Under the pieces are notes generated by a model that saw nothing but the letters and a program-made list of their open reading frames with translations, ran no database searches and was not told the DNA's origin. Source: an uncultured Alphaproteobacteria bacterium (GTDB taxonomy: Bacteria > Pseudomonadota > Alphaproteobacteria > VGEJ01). Taken from it: DNA of 64,000 nt. Below, one piece after another: positions 57,037 through 64,000 of the stretch. The translations under genes and the position numbers were made by a program. The first letter of the stretch is position 1. Each line of letters starts with the position of its first letter. The stretch covers positions 367 through 64,366 of the forward strand of contig CAJWJK010000008.1 of the NCBI GenBank assembly GCA_913041535.1. Direction: 5' to 3'.

Positions 57037-57082
57037 CTCTGATGCTCTAGTCGGGGCAAGTGGAGGAGTTGAATTACCTTCC

Positions 57083-59263
57083 ATGGCTCTCCAGATAGAC
57101 AATCCAGATTCACAGAAGTTGGACGAACCATCCGCGCTGATTAAAGCTATGGCTGCTTATGATGAAGGGGTGGACACTAATCTAATTGCCCGTGCGTATG
57201 CGTTTTCCCAGAAAGCCCATGGATCTCAGATTCGCGAGTCCGGGGAGTCATATTTTTCTCATCCACTAGAGGTGGCTCATATAGTCACCCGAATGAAGCT
57301 TGATAGTGCGACGGTTGTTACGGCTTTGCTTCACGATACAGTTGAAGACACTCTTGCAACAATGGACGAGATTGTTGCTGAATTTGGGGACGACATTGCT
57401 CGACTAGTCGATGGCGTAACTAAGCTGTCCAAGTTGGAATTGCCGTCTGAACGGACGCGAGCGGCCGAAAATTTTCGGAAGCTATTTCTAGCGATGTCTA
57501 ATGACATTCGCGTGTTACTAGTTAAACTCGCGGATCGACTCCACAATATGCAAACGTTAAGGCACATTCACGATACTGATCGCCGGCACCGCATTGCTCG
57601 CGAGACTATGGAAATTTTTGCACCTCTCGCAGAGCGCATTGGCATGCAGGAGATGAAGGAAGAGTTGGAGGAGTTAGCATTTGAGGAATTGCATCCGGAT
57701 GCGAGAGATTCGGTGGTGACTCGTTTGGAATTTTTGCGGGAGAGAGGGGATGATTTAGTCGATCGAATCTCACAAGGTCTTCAGGAAACATTGACCGCCG
57801 AGGGTATTAACGCCACGGTGACGGGGCGCGAAAAGCGCCCATACTCCATCTGGAGAAAGATGGAGCGAAAGAATATCTCTTTTGAGCAACTCTCAGACAT
57901 CATGGCGTTTCGTATAGTGGCAAGCACTCCGTCAGAATGTTATTTAGCCATGGGAGCAGTACATTGCTCTTATCCTATGATTCCTGGTCGTTTCAAGGAT
58001 TATATATCTTTACCTAAACCAAATCTCTACCGTGCTCTTCACACCACTGTGATTGGGCCAGAGCAACAGCGTATCGAAGTCCAGATTTGTGATGGGGACA
58101 TGCTTGAAGTGGCACACCTTGGTGTTGCTGCTCACTGGACCTATAAGCAGGAATCAGTTGCGGATGGGAGCAAATATCGGTGGATTCGTGAACTTCTTGA
58201 GATTCTTGATCATGCGTCTACTTCGGAGGAGTTTCTTGAACATACCAAGCTGGAAATGTTTCAAGATCAGGTTTTCTGTTTCTCTCCGAAGGGCGATTTG
58301 ATAGTGCTGCCTCAAGGGGCATCACCTATCGATTTTGCCTACGCTGTTCATACTCGAGTGGGGGACACTTGCGTTGGTGCAAAGGTAAATGGTCGTCTCG
58401 CACCCTTCCGTACGCAGCTGAGGACTGGAGATCAAGTAGAAATTATTTGTTCGGACGCTCAGACTCCGTCGCCCACGTGGGAGAATCTTGCTGTTACTGG
58501 TAAAGCACGATCTGCAATACGCAGATTTGTAAGGAATCGCAGAAAATCAGAGTATATCGAATTGGGTCGATCAATAGTTGAAAATGCAACGCGAGAGATG
58601 GGGCATGATTTTTCAGAACCAATCATAGAAGAAGCCCTTGAAAAGATGAATCATAAGACATTGCAGGATCTTTATGATGCAGTTGGACAGGGTGTCTTAA
58701 CTGGTCGCGACGTGGTGTCAGGCGCTTATCCTGGAGAGACAACTTTGGCACGCGCTAGCCGCATGTTTAGCTTCGTTAGATCTCGCTCGCGTCGTGAGCG
58801 AGCCACTGATGCCCCAGTTTCAATACGAGGGCTCATACCAGGAATGGCGGTGCATCTAGCCGATTGCTGCAACCCGATTCCAGGTGATCGTATTGTTGGC
58901 ATTCAAGATTCAGGAAAAGGTGTAACACTGCATATAATGGATTGCGATACGCTGGAGACAGTATCTGATTCGCCGGAAAGATGGATAGATGTTACGTGGG
59001 ATTCTGATCCTAGCGCTTCACTGTCTCATGTGGCCCGCATTCGCTCTGTGGTTGACAATAAACCAGGAACACTGAGCACTTTGACCACTGTTATTGCGAG
59101 AAACGAAGGTAATATCAGTAATTTGAGAATTTCGAGTAGATCAGTAGATTTTTTTGAATTTCTGGTTGATATTGAAGTTCATGACGTTAAGCACCTAACT
59201 CAGATAATTGCAGGGCTTCGGGCAGAATCGGCTATAGCATCTGTTGAGCGTATGCGTGGTTAA
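57083..59263 (+). CDS. spoT: bifunctional (p)ppGpp synthetase/hydrolase
   Basis: HD domain (SYFSHPLEVA, LLHDTVEDT), synthetase domain (RPYSIWRKM), and TGS and ACT regions. The ATG at 57083 follows GGAGGAG, whereas the ORF track begins at a GTG at 57014 that overlaps rpoZ. Confidence 0.88.
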   Translation: MALQIDNPDSQKLDEPSALIKAMAAYDEGVDTNLIARAYAFSQKAHGSQIRESGESYFSHPLEVAHIVTRMKLDSATVVTALLHDTVEDTLATMDEIVAEFGDDIARLVDGVTKLSKLELPSERTRAAENFRKLFLAMSNDIRVLLVKLADRLHNMQTLRHIHDTDRRHRIARETMEIFAPLAERIGMQEMKEELEELAFEELHPDARDSVVTRLEFLRERGDDLVDRISQGLQETLTAEGINATVTGREKRPYSIWRKMERKNISFEQLSDIMAFRIVASTPSECYLAMGAVHCSYPMIPGRFKDYISLPKPNLYRALHTTVIGPEQQRIEVQICDGDMLEVAHLGVAAHWTYKQESVADGSKYRWIRELLEILDHASTSEEFLEHTKLEMFQDQVFCFSPKGDLIVLPQGASPIDFAYAVHTRVGDTCVGAKVNGRLAPFRTQLRTGDQVEIICSDAQTPSPTWENLAVTGKARSAIRRFVRNRRKSEYIELGRSIVENATREMGHDFSEPIIEEALEKMNHKTLQDLYDAVGQGVLTGRDVVSGAYPGETTLARASRMFSFVRSRSRRERATDAPVSIRGLIPGMAVHLADCCNPIPGDRIVGIQDSGKGVTLHIMDCDTLETVSDSPERWIDVTWDSDPSASLSHVARIRSVVDNKPGTLSTLTTVIARNEGNISNLRISSRSVDFFEFLVDIEVHDVKHLTQIIAGLRAESAIASVERMRG

Positions 59264-59396
59264 AATAATCTCTAAAGGACATCTCTATGTTGACGTGGTG
59301 CGCTGGTTGTTTAACAAACTGAAAATATCTTTTTTATGTATTCATCATTACGATAAGGTCTGTGTGGATGCGTGTGGCTTTTAATTTCTGGAGATT

Positions 59397-60149
59397 ATGA
59401 GTCCAATGAAACGGTTACGCCTTGGAGTTAACATAGATCATGTAGCTACGATCCGGAATGCACGTGGTGGAGGGCTTCCAGATCCTGTCAGAGCTGCACG
59501 GGTTGCCGCTGAAGCTGGTGCCGATGGGATTACAGCGCACCTTAGGGAAGACCGTAGGCATATATCTGATGATGATATTAGTCGTTTAAGCCAAGAGATT
59601 GACCTTCCTCTTAACCTGGAAATGGCGGCGACGGATGAAATGCTTCAGATAGCTCTGCGGCATAAACCTCACGCCGTATGTCTTGTGCCGGAGAATCGAC
59701 AGGAATTGACCACTGAAGGGGGTCTTGATGTCATGCGTGGCCAGTCTCATCTTGCTCGATACATAAAAAAGTTAGCTGATGCTGGCTGTCGGGTTTCATT
59801 GTTTGTTGACCCAGATGTCGACCAGCTCGTAGCTTCTGTGGCGATAGGAGCTCCGGTAGTGGAACTTCACACTGGCTCTTATTGTAGTGCTGTAGGGGAT
59901 CAACGCGAGTCAGAGTTTGTTCGCCTTATTGAGGCGGCGGAACAGGCTGAGAATCTTGGCCTAGAGTGTCATGCAGGGCATGGGTTAACTTATGAGACCG
60001 TTGGACGCGTGTCGGAAATACACTGCATTGCAGAACTGAACATAGGACATTTTCTGATTGGCCAAGCAATATTTGTTGGCCTTGGGGAGAGTATCAGGCA
60101 TATGCGTGAATTGATGGATGCAGCACGGTCTTCACTCGAGAGTGCATAA
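59397..60149 (+). CDS. pdxJ: pyridoxine 5'-phosphate synthase
   Basis: [16 protein letters not shown] and HLREDRRHI motifs. Confidence 0.92.
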   Translation: MSPMKRLRLGVNIDHVATIRNARGGGLPDPVRAARVAAEAGADGITAHLREDRRHISDDDISRLSQEIDLPLNLEMAATDEMLQIALRHKPHAVCLVPENRQELTTEGGLDVMRGQSHLARYIKKLADAGCRVSLFVDPDVDQLVASVAIGAPVVELHTGSYCSAVGDQRESEFVRLIEAAEQAENLGLECHAGHGLTYETVGRVSEIHCIAELNIGHFLIGQAIFVGLGESIRHMRELMDAARSSLESA

Positions 60150-60159
60150 GGTAGTAACA

Positions 60160-60564
60160 ATGATTCTTGGGTTAGGAAACGATCTGATAGATATTAGGCG
60201 TGTTGGACGGACACTTGATCGTTTTGGCGAACGCTTTGTCAAACGGGTATTCACCGATATTGAGAGAGAGAAAGCAGAGCGTAGGAAGAATCGTGCTTCC
60301 ACCTATGCCACTCGGTTTGCCGCAAAGGAGGCTTGTTCTAAAGCGCTTGGTACGGGTTTTCGTAAAGGGGTGTACTGGCGTGATATGGGTGTTGTAAATC
60401 TTCCATCAGGAAAACCGACAATTGTTTTAGCTGGTGGCGCTCTTAAAAGATTGGAATCCATAACCCCTATTGGCATGGCCGCCCAAGTTGACCTGACAAT
60501 AACCGATGATTATCCACTAGCAGAAGCAATCGTACTAATATCTGCCGTTCCGGAAGATGTCTAA
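60160..60564 (+). CDS. acpS: holo-[acyl-carrier-protein] synthase
   Basis: [14 protein letters not shown] and FAAKEA..KA.G motifs. The ATG at 60160 avoids the overlap with pdxJ that the ORF-track start at 60118 would create. Confidence 0.88.
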   Translation: MILGLGNDLIDIRRVGRTLDRFGERFVKRVFTDIEREKAERRKNRASTYATRFAAKEACSKALGTGFRKGVYWRDMGVVNLPSGKPTIVLAGGALKRLESITPIGMAAQVDLTITDDYPLAEAIVLISAVPEDV

Positions 60565-60591
60565 GTTATAGTCGTTCAATGTTTTTCCTGA

Positions 60592-61365
60592 ATGTCACGG
60601 ATTTATTATTTGATGGGTAAGAAGAGACCTTTAAGAAAGAAAGATGAGCGCAAGGGAGGGGTTGGTGAAACACTGCGGACTATTGTTTATGCTGTGTTGA
60701 TCGCCCTTATTATACGAACAGTGGCCTATGAGCCGTTCAACATTCCTTCATCGTCAATGGTGCCAACGCTGCTTGTTGGCGATTATCTTTTCGTTTCGAA
60801 GTATGCATATGGCTATAGTCGGCACTCTTTACCATTGAGCTTACCCATATTTTCTGGCCGTATTCTTGATAAACAGCCCAAGCGTGGTGATGTTGCTGTT
60901 TTTAAGACACCTCGTGACAATTCTACAGACTATATTAAGCGTATCGTTGGATTGCCGGGCGATCGAATTAAGATGACGGATGGCCGACTTCACATTAATG
61001 GTCAAGTCGTGCCGCGGAAACGTATCGAACAGGAGATTTATCGTGATCGAGCTGGTAGGCCTGTCCATCAGTTCATAGAGACTCTGTCGGATGGGAGAAG
61101 TTATAGGACCTTGGATTTCGGTCCGGGCTTTCCATACGACGATACACCCGAATATGTGGTTAAGCCGGGGCACTATTTTATGATGGGGGATAATCGTGAC
61201 AACTCAACTGATAGCCGAGTCATAGGGCAGGTTCCATTTGAGAATCTAGTAGGAAGAGCGGAAGTTGTATTTTTCTCGACCGATGGAAGTGCTCAGTTCT
61301 GGGAGGTTTGGCGTTGGCCTAGTGCCATTCGGTTGACTCGATTTTTTACTGATCTGTCTATTTGA
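60592..61365 (+). CDS. lepB: signal peptidase I
   Basis: IPSSSMVPTL (catalytic Ser), YIKRIVGLPGD and GDNRDNSTDSR motifs. Confidence 0.9.
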   Translation: MSRIYYLMGKKRPLRKKDERKGGVGETLRTIVYAVLIALIIRTVAYEPFNIPSSSMVPTLLVGDYLFVSKYAYGYSRHSLPLSLPIFSGRILDKQPKRGDVAVFKTPRDNSTDYIKRIVGLPGDRIKMTDGRLHINGQVVPRKRIEQEIYRDRAGRPVHQFIETLSDGRSYRTLDFGPGFPYDDTPEYVVKPGHYFMMGDNRDNSTDSRVIGQVPFENLVGRAEVVFFSTDGSAQFWEVWRWPSAIRLTRFFTDLSI

Positions 61366-61375
61366 GAGCGTAAAG

Positions 61376-62050
61376 GTGAGTAGCGGATTAGAACATCTTA
61401 TTTCGTACGAGTTTCGACGTCATGAAATTTTGGAAGAGGCGTTAACTCATGGCAGCGCTGGAAAACGGGCGGATAAAGGATCGCGTAATTATAATCGGCT
61501 AGAGTTTCTGGGTGACCGTGTGCTTGGGTTAATAATATCGGAATGGTTAATAAAAAAGTTTCCGTTGGTAAATGAAGGTGTGCTTGCCCTGAGATATAAC
61601 TTTCTGGTTCAACGCGATACGTTGGTAAACGTGGCAAGAGGTATTGAACTGGGGGAATACATTCGCATGTCTCGGTCAGAAGAGGCGGCTGGGGGTCGTG
61701 ATAAGCCAGCGATCTTGGCCGATTGTTGCGAAGCAGTGATTGGAGCCATATTCATGGATGGTGGTCTCGATGCGGCACGTCGTTTTATAGATACAAATTG
61801 GGGGTATCTATATGCACAGAGTGCAGATATTGCAAAAGACAATAAGACTGCACTTCAGGAGTGGGCCCAGGGGCGAGGGTTTGCTCCACCTGAGTATGAA
61901 ATTATTGACCGGAAAGGTCCGGCTCATGCAATTACTTTTACCGTTAAAGCTTCCCTCGGTGATGGATCTTCGATGACTGGAATTGGGCCATCGCGTCGCA
62001 GTGCAGAGCAAGATGCCGCTGGTACTTTGTTGAAGGCGATGATGGTTTGA
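61376..62050 (+). CDS. rnc: ribonuclease III
   Basis: ERLEFLGD-like NRLEFLGDRVL signature and a C-terminal dsRBD; GTG start. Confidence 0.9.
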   Translation: MSSGLEHLISYEFRRHEILEEALTHGSAGKRADKGSRNYNRLEFLGDRVLGLIISEWLIKKFPLVNEGVLALRYNFLVQRDTLVNVARGIELGEYIRMSRSEEAAGGRDKPAILADCCEAVIGAIFMDGGLDAARRFIDTNWGYLYAQSADIAKDNKTALQEWAQGRGFAPPEYEIIDRKGPAHAITFTVKASLGDGSSMTGIGPSRRSAEQDAAGTLLKAMMV

Positions 62051-62976
62051 AGAAAGATATAGATGACTCGGTTAGTTCTAAAGGCAACCAATCATGTGGA
62101 TTAATTGGTATATTAGGGGCGCCCAACGTAGGTAAGTCGACCCTGCTTAATACTCTAGTTGGGACCAAGCTTTCGATTGTTACGCCTAAAGTCCAAACAA
62201 CACGAACTTCGGTTATCGGTGTCTGTATATACGGCAACGTCCAGCTTATTTTTATAGATACACCTGGAGTAATGACACCTCGCCGTCGTTTTGAGGAAGC
62301 GATGGTTCGTGCTGCATGGAAAGGTGTTATGGATACAGATCGTATTGTATTTATGATTGATGCCACTAAAGGCTTGAATAAGGATACATCGAGGGTACTC
62401 AATCGTTTGCAGGGTATGCGAGAGAAGGCTGTGGTAGCAATTAACAAGATCGATGCGGTTCAAAAGAATTCTCTTCTTGAGCTAGCTGAGGCTCTTTCTG
62501 TTGAGGACGACTTTGACAGAATATTTATGATTTCAGCCCTAAGTGGTGATGGTGTGGATGATCTTCAACGATATTTAGCTCTTAGTGCACCGTCTAGCTC
62601 TTGGCTTTATCCTTCGGATCAACTGTCCGATCTACCAGAACGAATGTTGGCGGCGGAAATCTGCCGTGAGAAAATATTTCTTAATCTGCACCAAGAACTA
62701 CCTTACGCCATTATGGTTGCTCCAGAATCGTGGAAAATCCAGAGAGATGGAAGTTTGCGTATAGGACAGGTGATTTATGTGCTTCGTGCTAGTCAAAGGG
62801 CTATTGTTTTAGGTAAGGGGGGGGGCACTATAAGATTGATTGGTGAGAGTGCTCGTCACGAGTTAGAATCTGTGTTGGGTCGGAAAGTGCACTTATTTCT
62901 AACGGTAAAGGTCCGACCACGGTGGCAAGATGATCCACAGTATTATAGGGAGGTCGGCCTAGAGTTTCCCCAGTGA
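62047..62976 (+). CDS. era: GTPase Era
   Basis: GAPNVGKSTL (G1), DTPG (G3), NKID (G4) and a KH domain. The TTG start overlaps the rnc stop. Confidence 0.9.
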   Translation: MKKDIDDSVSSKGNQSCGLIGILGAPNVGKSTLLNTLVGTKLSIVTPKVQTTRTSVIGVCIYGNVQLIFIDTPGVMTPRRRFEEAMVRAAWKGVMDTDRIVFMIDATKGLNKDTSRVLNRLQGMREKAVVAINKIDAVQKNSLLELAEALSVEDDFDRIFMISALSGDGVDDLQRYLALSAPSSSWLYPSDQLSDLPERMLAAEICREKIFLNLHQELPYAIMVAPESWKIQRDGSLRIGQVIYVLRASQRAIVLGKGGGTIRLIGESARHELESVLGRKVHLFLTVKVRPRWQDDPQYYREVGLEFPQ

Positions 62977-63016
62977 CGTTCTGTGTAGAGGCCTTCACGG
63001 AGGTGGCGAGTCAGCA

Positions 63017-63772
63017 ATGGAGTGGAATGACGAAGGAGTGGTGATATCTGTACGCCGTCATGGTGAGATGGCGTGGGTGGTAGATCTTCTAACGGCAGAA
63101 CACGGCCGACACGCGGGGTTTATACATGGAAAGAATAAAAACCGTGAGAGGAATGGTCTGCAGTTAGGGAATCAGGTTGATGCCCGCTGGCGTTCCCGTT
63201 TGATAGAGCAGCTGGGAACCTACAATTGTGAGTTAATTAAAGCCCGTTCAGCCATCCTTTTTCATGATCCAATAAGGCTTATAGCAATGAGTTCTGTGTG
63301 TGGTATGTGTTATTTGGGGATTTCAGAGCGTGTTCCCTGCCGAGATGTCTTTGATGGGGTGATTCGTTTCTTGGACGCGCTTGAACAGGGAAAGCAGTGG
63401 TATTCATTGTACGTTACGTGGGAGTTGGAATTATTGTCCCAATTGGGTTTTGGCCTTGACTTGAAAAGTTGTGCCATTACGGGAAGAACTGACAATTTAT
63501 CGTATGTTTCGCCGCGGACAGGGAGAGCTGCAACGAGTGAGGCTGCCAAACCCTATTGTGATCGACTGATGCCATTACCCAAATTCATGGTTGATCGAGA
63601 AATCTCAAGTCCTGCCTTCAAAGACATACTTCAGGGCTTAACTATAACTGGGCATTTTCTAGAGCGGAATCTCATGCAACCTCAAGGCCGAAAATTTCCC
63701 CGTGCAAGGTTGAGGCTTATAGAAATAATGTCCTCTGTGAATCCGGAATCGGAGAGCGTGAGTAGCAAGTGA
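63017..63772 (+). CDS. recO: DNA repair protein RecO
   Basis: 251 aa with an OB-fold N-terminus ([12 protein letters not shown]), positioned after era as in many bacteria. Confidence 0.8.
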   Translation: MEWNDEGVVISVRRHGEMAWVVDLLTAEHGRHAGFIHGKNKNRERNGLQLGNQVDARWRSRLIEQLGTYNCELIKARSAILFHDPIRLIAMSSVCGMCYLGISERVPCRDVFDGVIRFLDALEQGKQWYSLYVTWELELLSQLGFGLDLKSCAITGRTDNLSYVSPRTGRAATSEAAKPYCDRLMPLPKFMVDREISSPAFKDILQGLTITGHFLERNLMQPQGRKFPRARLRLIEIMSSVNPESESVSSK

Positions 63773-64000
63773 CTAGTGGTTCTGACAAGAGCATCGAAGC
63801 GGTAGAGTTCGCAGCAGCGCTTGAGGAGCGTTATCTTGCTTATGCTCTCTCTACAATAACATCACGCTCTCTTCCAGATGCCCGTGATGGGTTAAAGCCA
63901 GTACAGCGACGTCTTCTTTACGCTATGCGGGAGCTTAAACTTAATCCACAATCTGGTTTCAAGAAATGTGCACGAGTTGTGGGTGACGTTATTGGCAAAT
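63769..64000 (+). CDS. parC: type IIA topoisomerase subunit A, most likely topoisomerase IV ParC (3' end outside the window)
   Basis: The GTG at 63769 overlaps the recO stop (GTGA). The translation [34 protein letters not shown]...[14 protein letters not shown] is the GyrA/ParC N-terminal signature. The FKKCAR variant resembles alphaproteobacterial ParC from memory. Confidence 0.7.
   Translation, partial: MTSGSDKSIEAVEFAAALEERYLAYALSTITSRSLPDARDGLKPVQRRLLYAMRELKLNPQSGFKKCARVVGDVIGK

Noticed and set aside
56445-57131. 228-aa minus-strand ORF covering rpoZ.
   Set aside because: It is Ser/Ala/Arg-rich low complexity produced by the antisense of the acidic rpoZ tail. The sense strand has unmistakable rpoZ and spoT homology.
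1-64000. Looked for CRISPR arrays, IS elements or terminal inverted repeats, rRNA, and prophage or defence-system gene sets.
   Set aside because: I found no regularly spaced repeats and no transposase, integrase, Cas, restriction or abortive-infection-like proteins. The only tandem repeat found is the 41-bp duplication reported above.

Overview
This 64-kb segment looks chromosomal and alphaproteobacterial, probably from a streamlined marine lineage. That placement rests on gene order and the imuA-imuB-dnaE2 cassette, not on any search. I recognise about 59 protein genes and one tRNA-Leu(CAA). I found no rRNA, CRISPR array, transposase, integrase, phage gene or obvious DNA-binding transcription factor. 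The window has four parts. (1) 0-12.9 kb: accessory metabolism (LLM oxidoreductase, class II aldolase, RidA, Ldh_2, CMD, SelA-like PLP enzyme, PhyH dioxygenase). It is followed by a coiled-coil OmpA-like protein, an archaeal-type FBP aldolase/phosphatase, a formamidase, tRNA-Leu and an AT-rich gap, then yqaA-dsbB-coq7 and an esterase. (2) 13.1-22.2 kb: the most unusual block. Four tandem GMC flavoprotein paralogues are followed directly by two tandem MetE-core-like zinc alkyltransferase paralogues, and the run converges on formate-THF ligase. (3) 24.3-40.6 kb: an orphan Wzx flippase with a truncated acetyltransferase remnant, a thiolase-like gene paired with an AcuI/YhdH-like reductase, and an EamA/Hom-like pair. 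It also holds two LLM monooxygenases with an ABC importer that lacks its ATPase, a TPR/2OG-oxygenase fusion, cysQ and an SDR. (4) 40.7-64 kb: the imuA-imuB-dnaE2 SOS mutagenesis cassette, an enolase-superfamily/M20 amidohydrolase/di-haem peroxidase-like/RidA group, and nhaD. It ends with a housekeeping run (dapA-smpB, folK, rpoZ-spoT, pdxJ-acpS-lepB-rnc-era-recO-parC). No defence or mobile system is evident. The best candidate for undescribed biology is the GMCx4 + MetE-like x2 array, with its repeat-rich leader and a perfect 41-bp intergenic tandem duplication. All functional calls come from motif and fold recognition by eye, and no database search was run.
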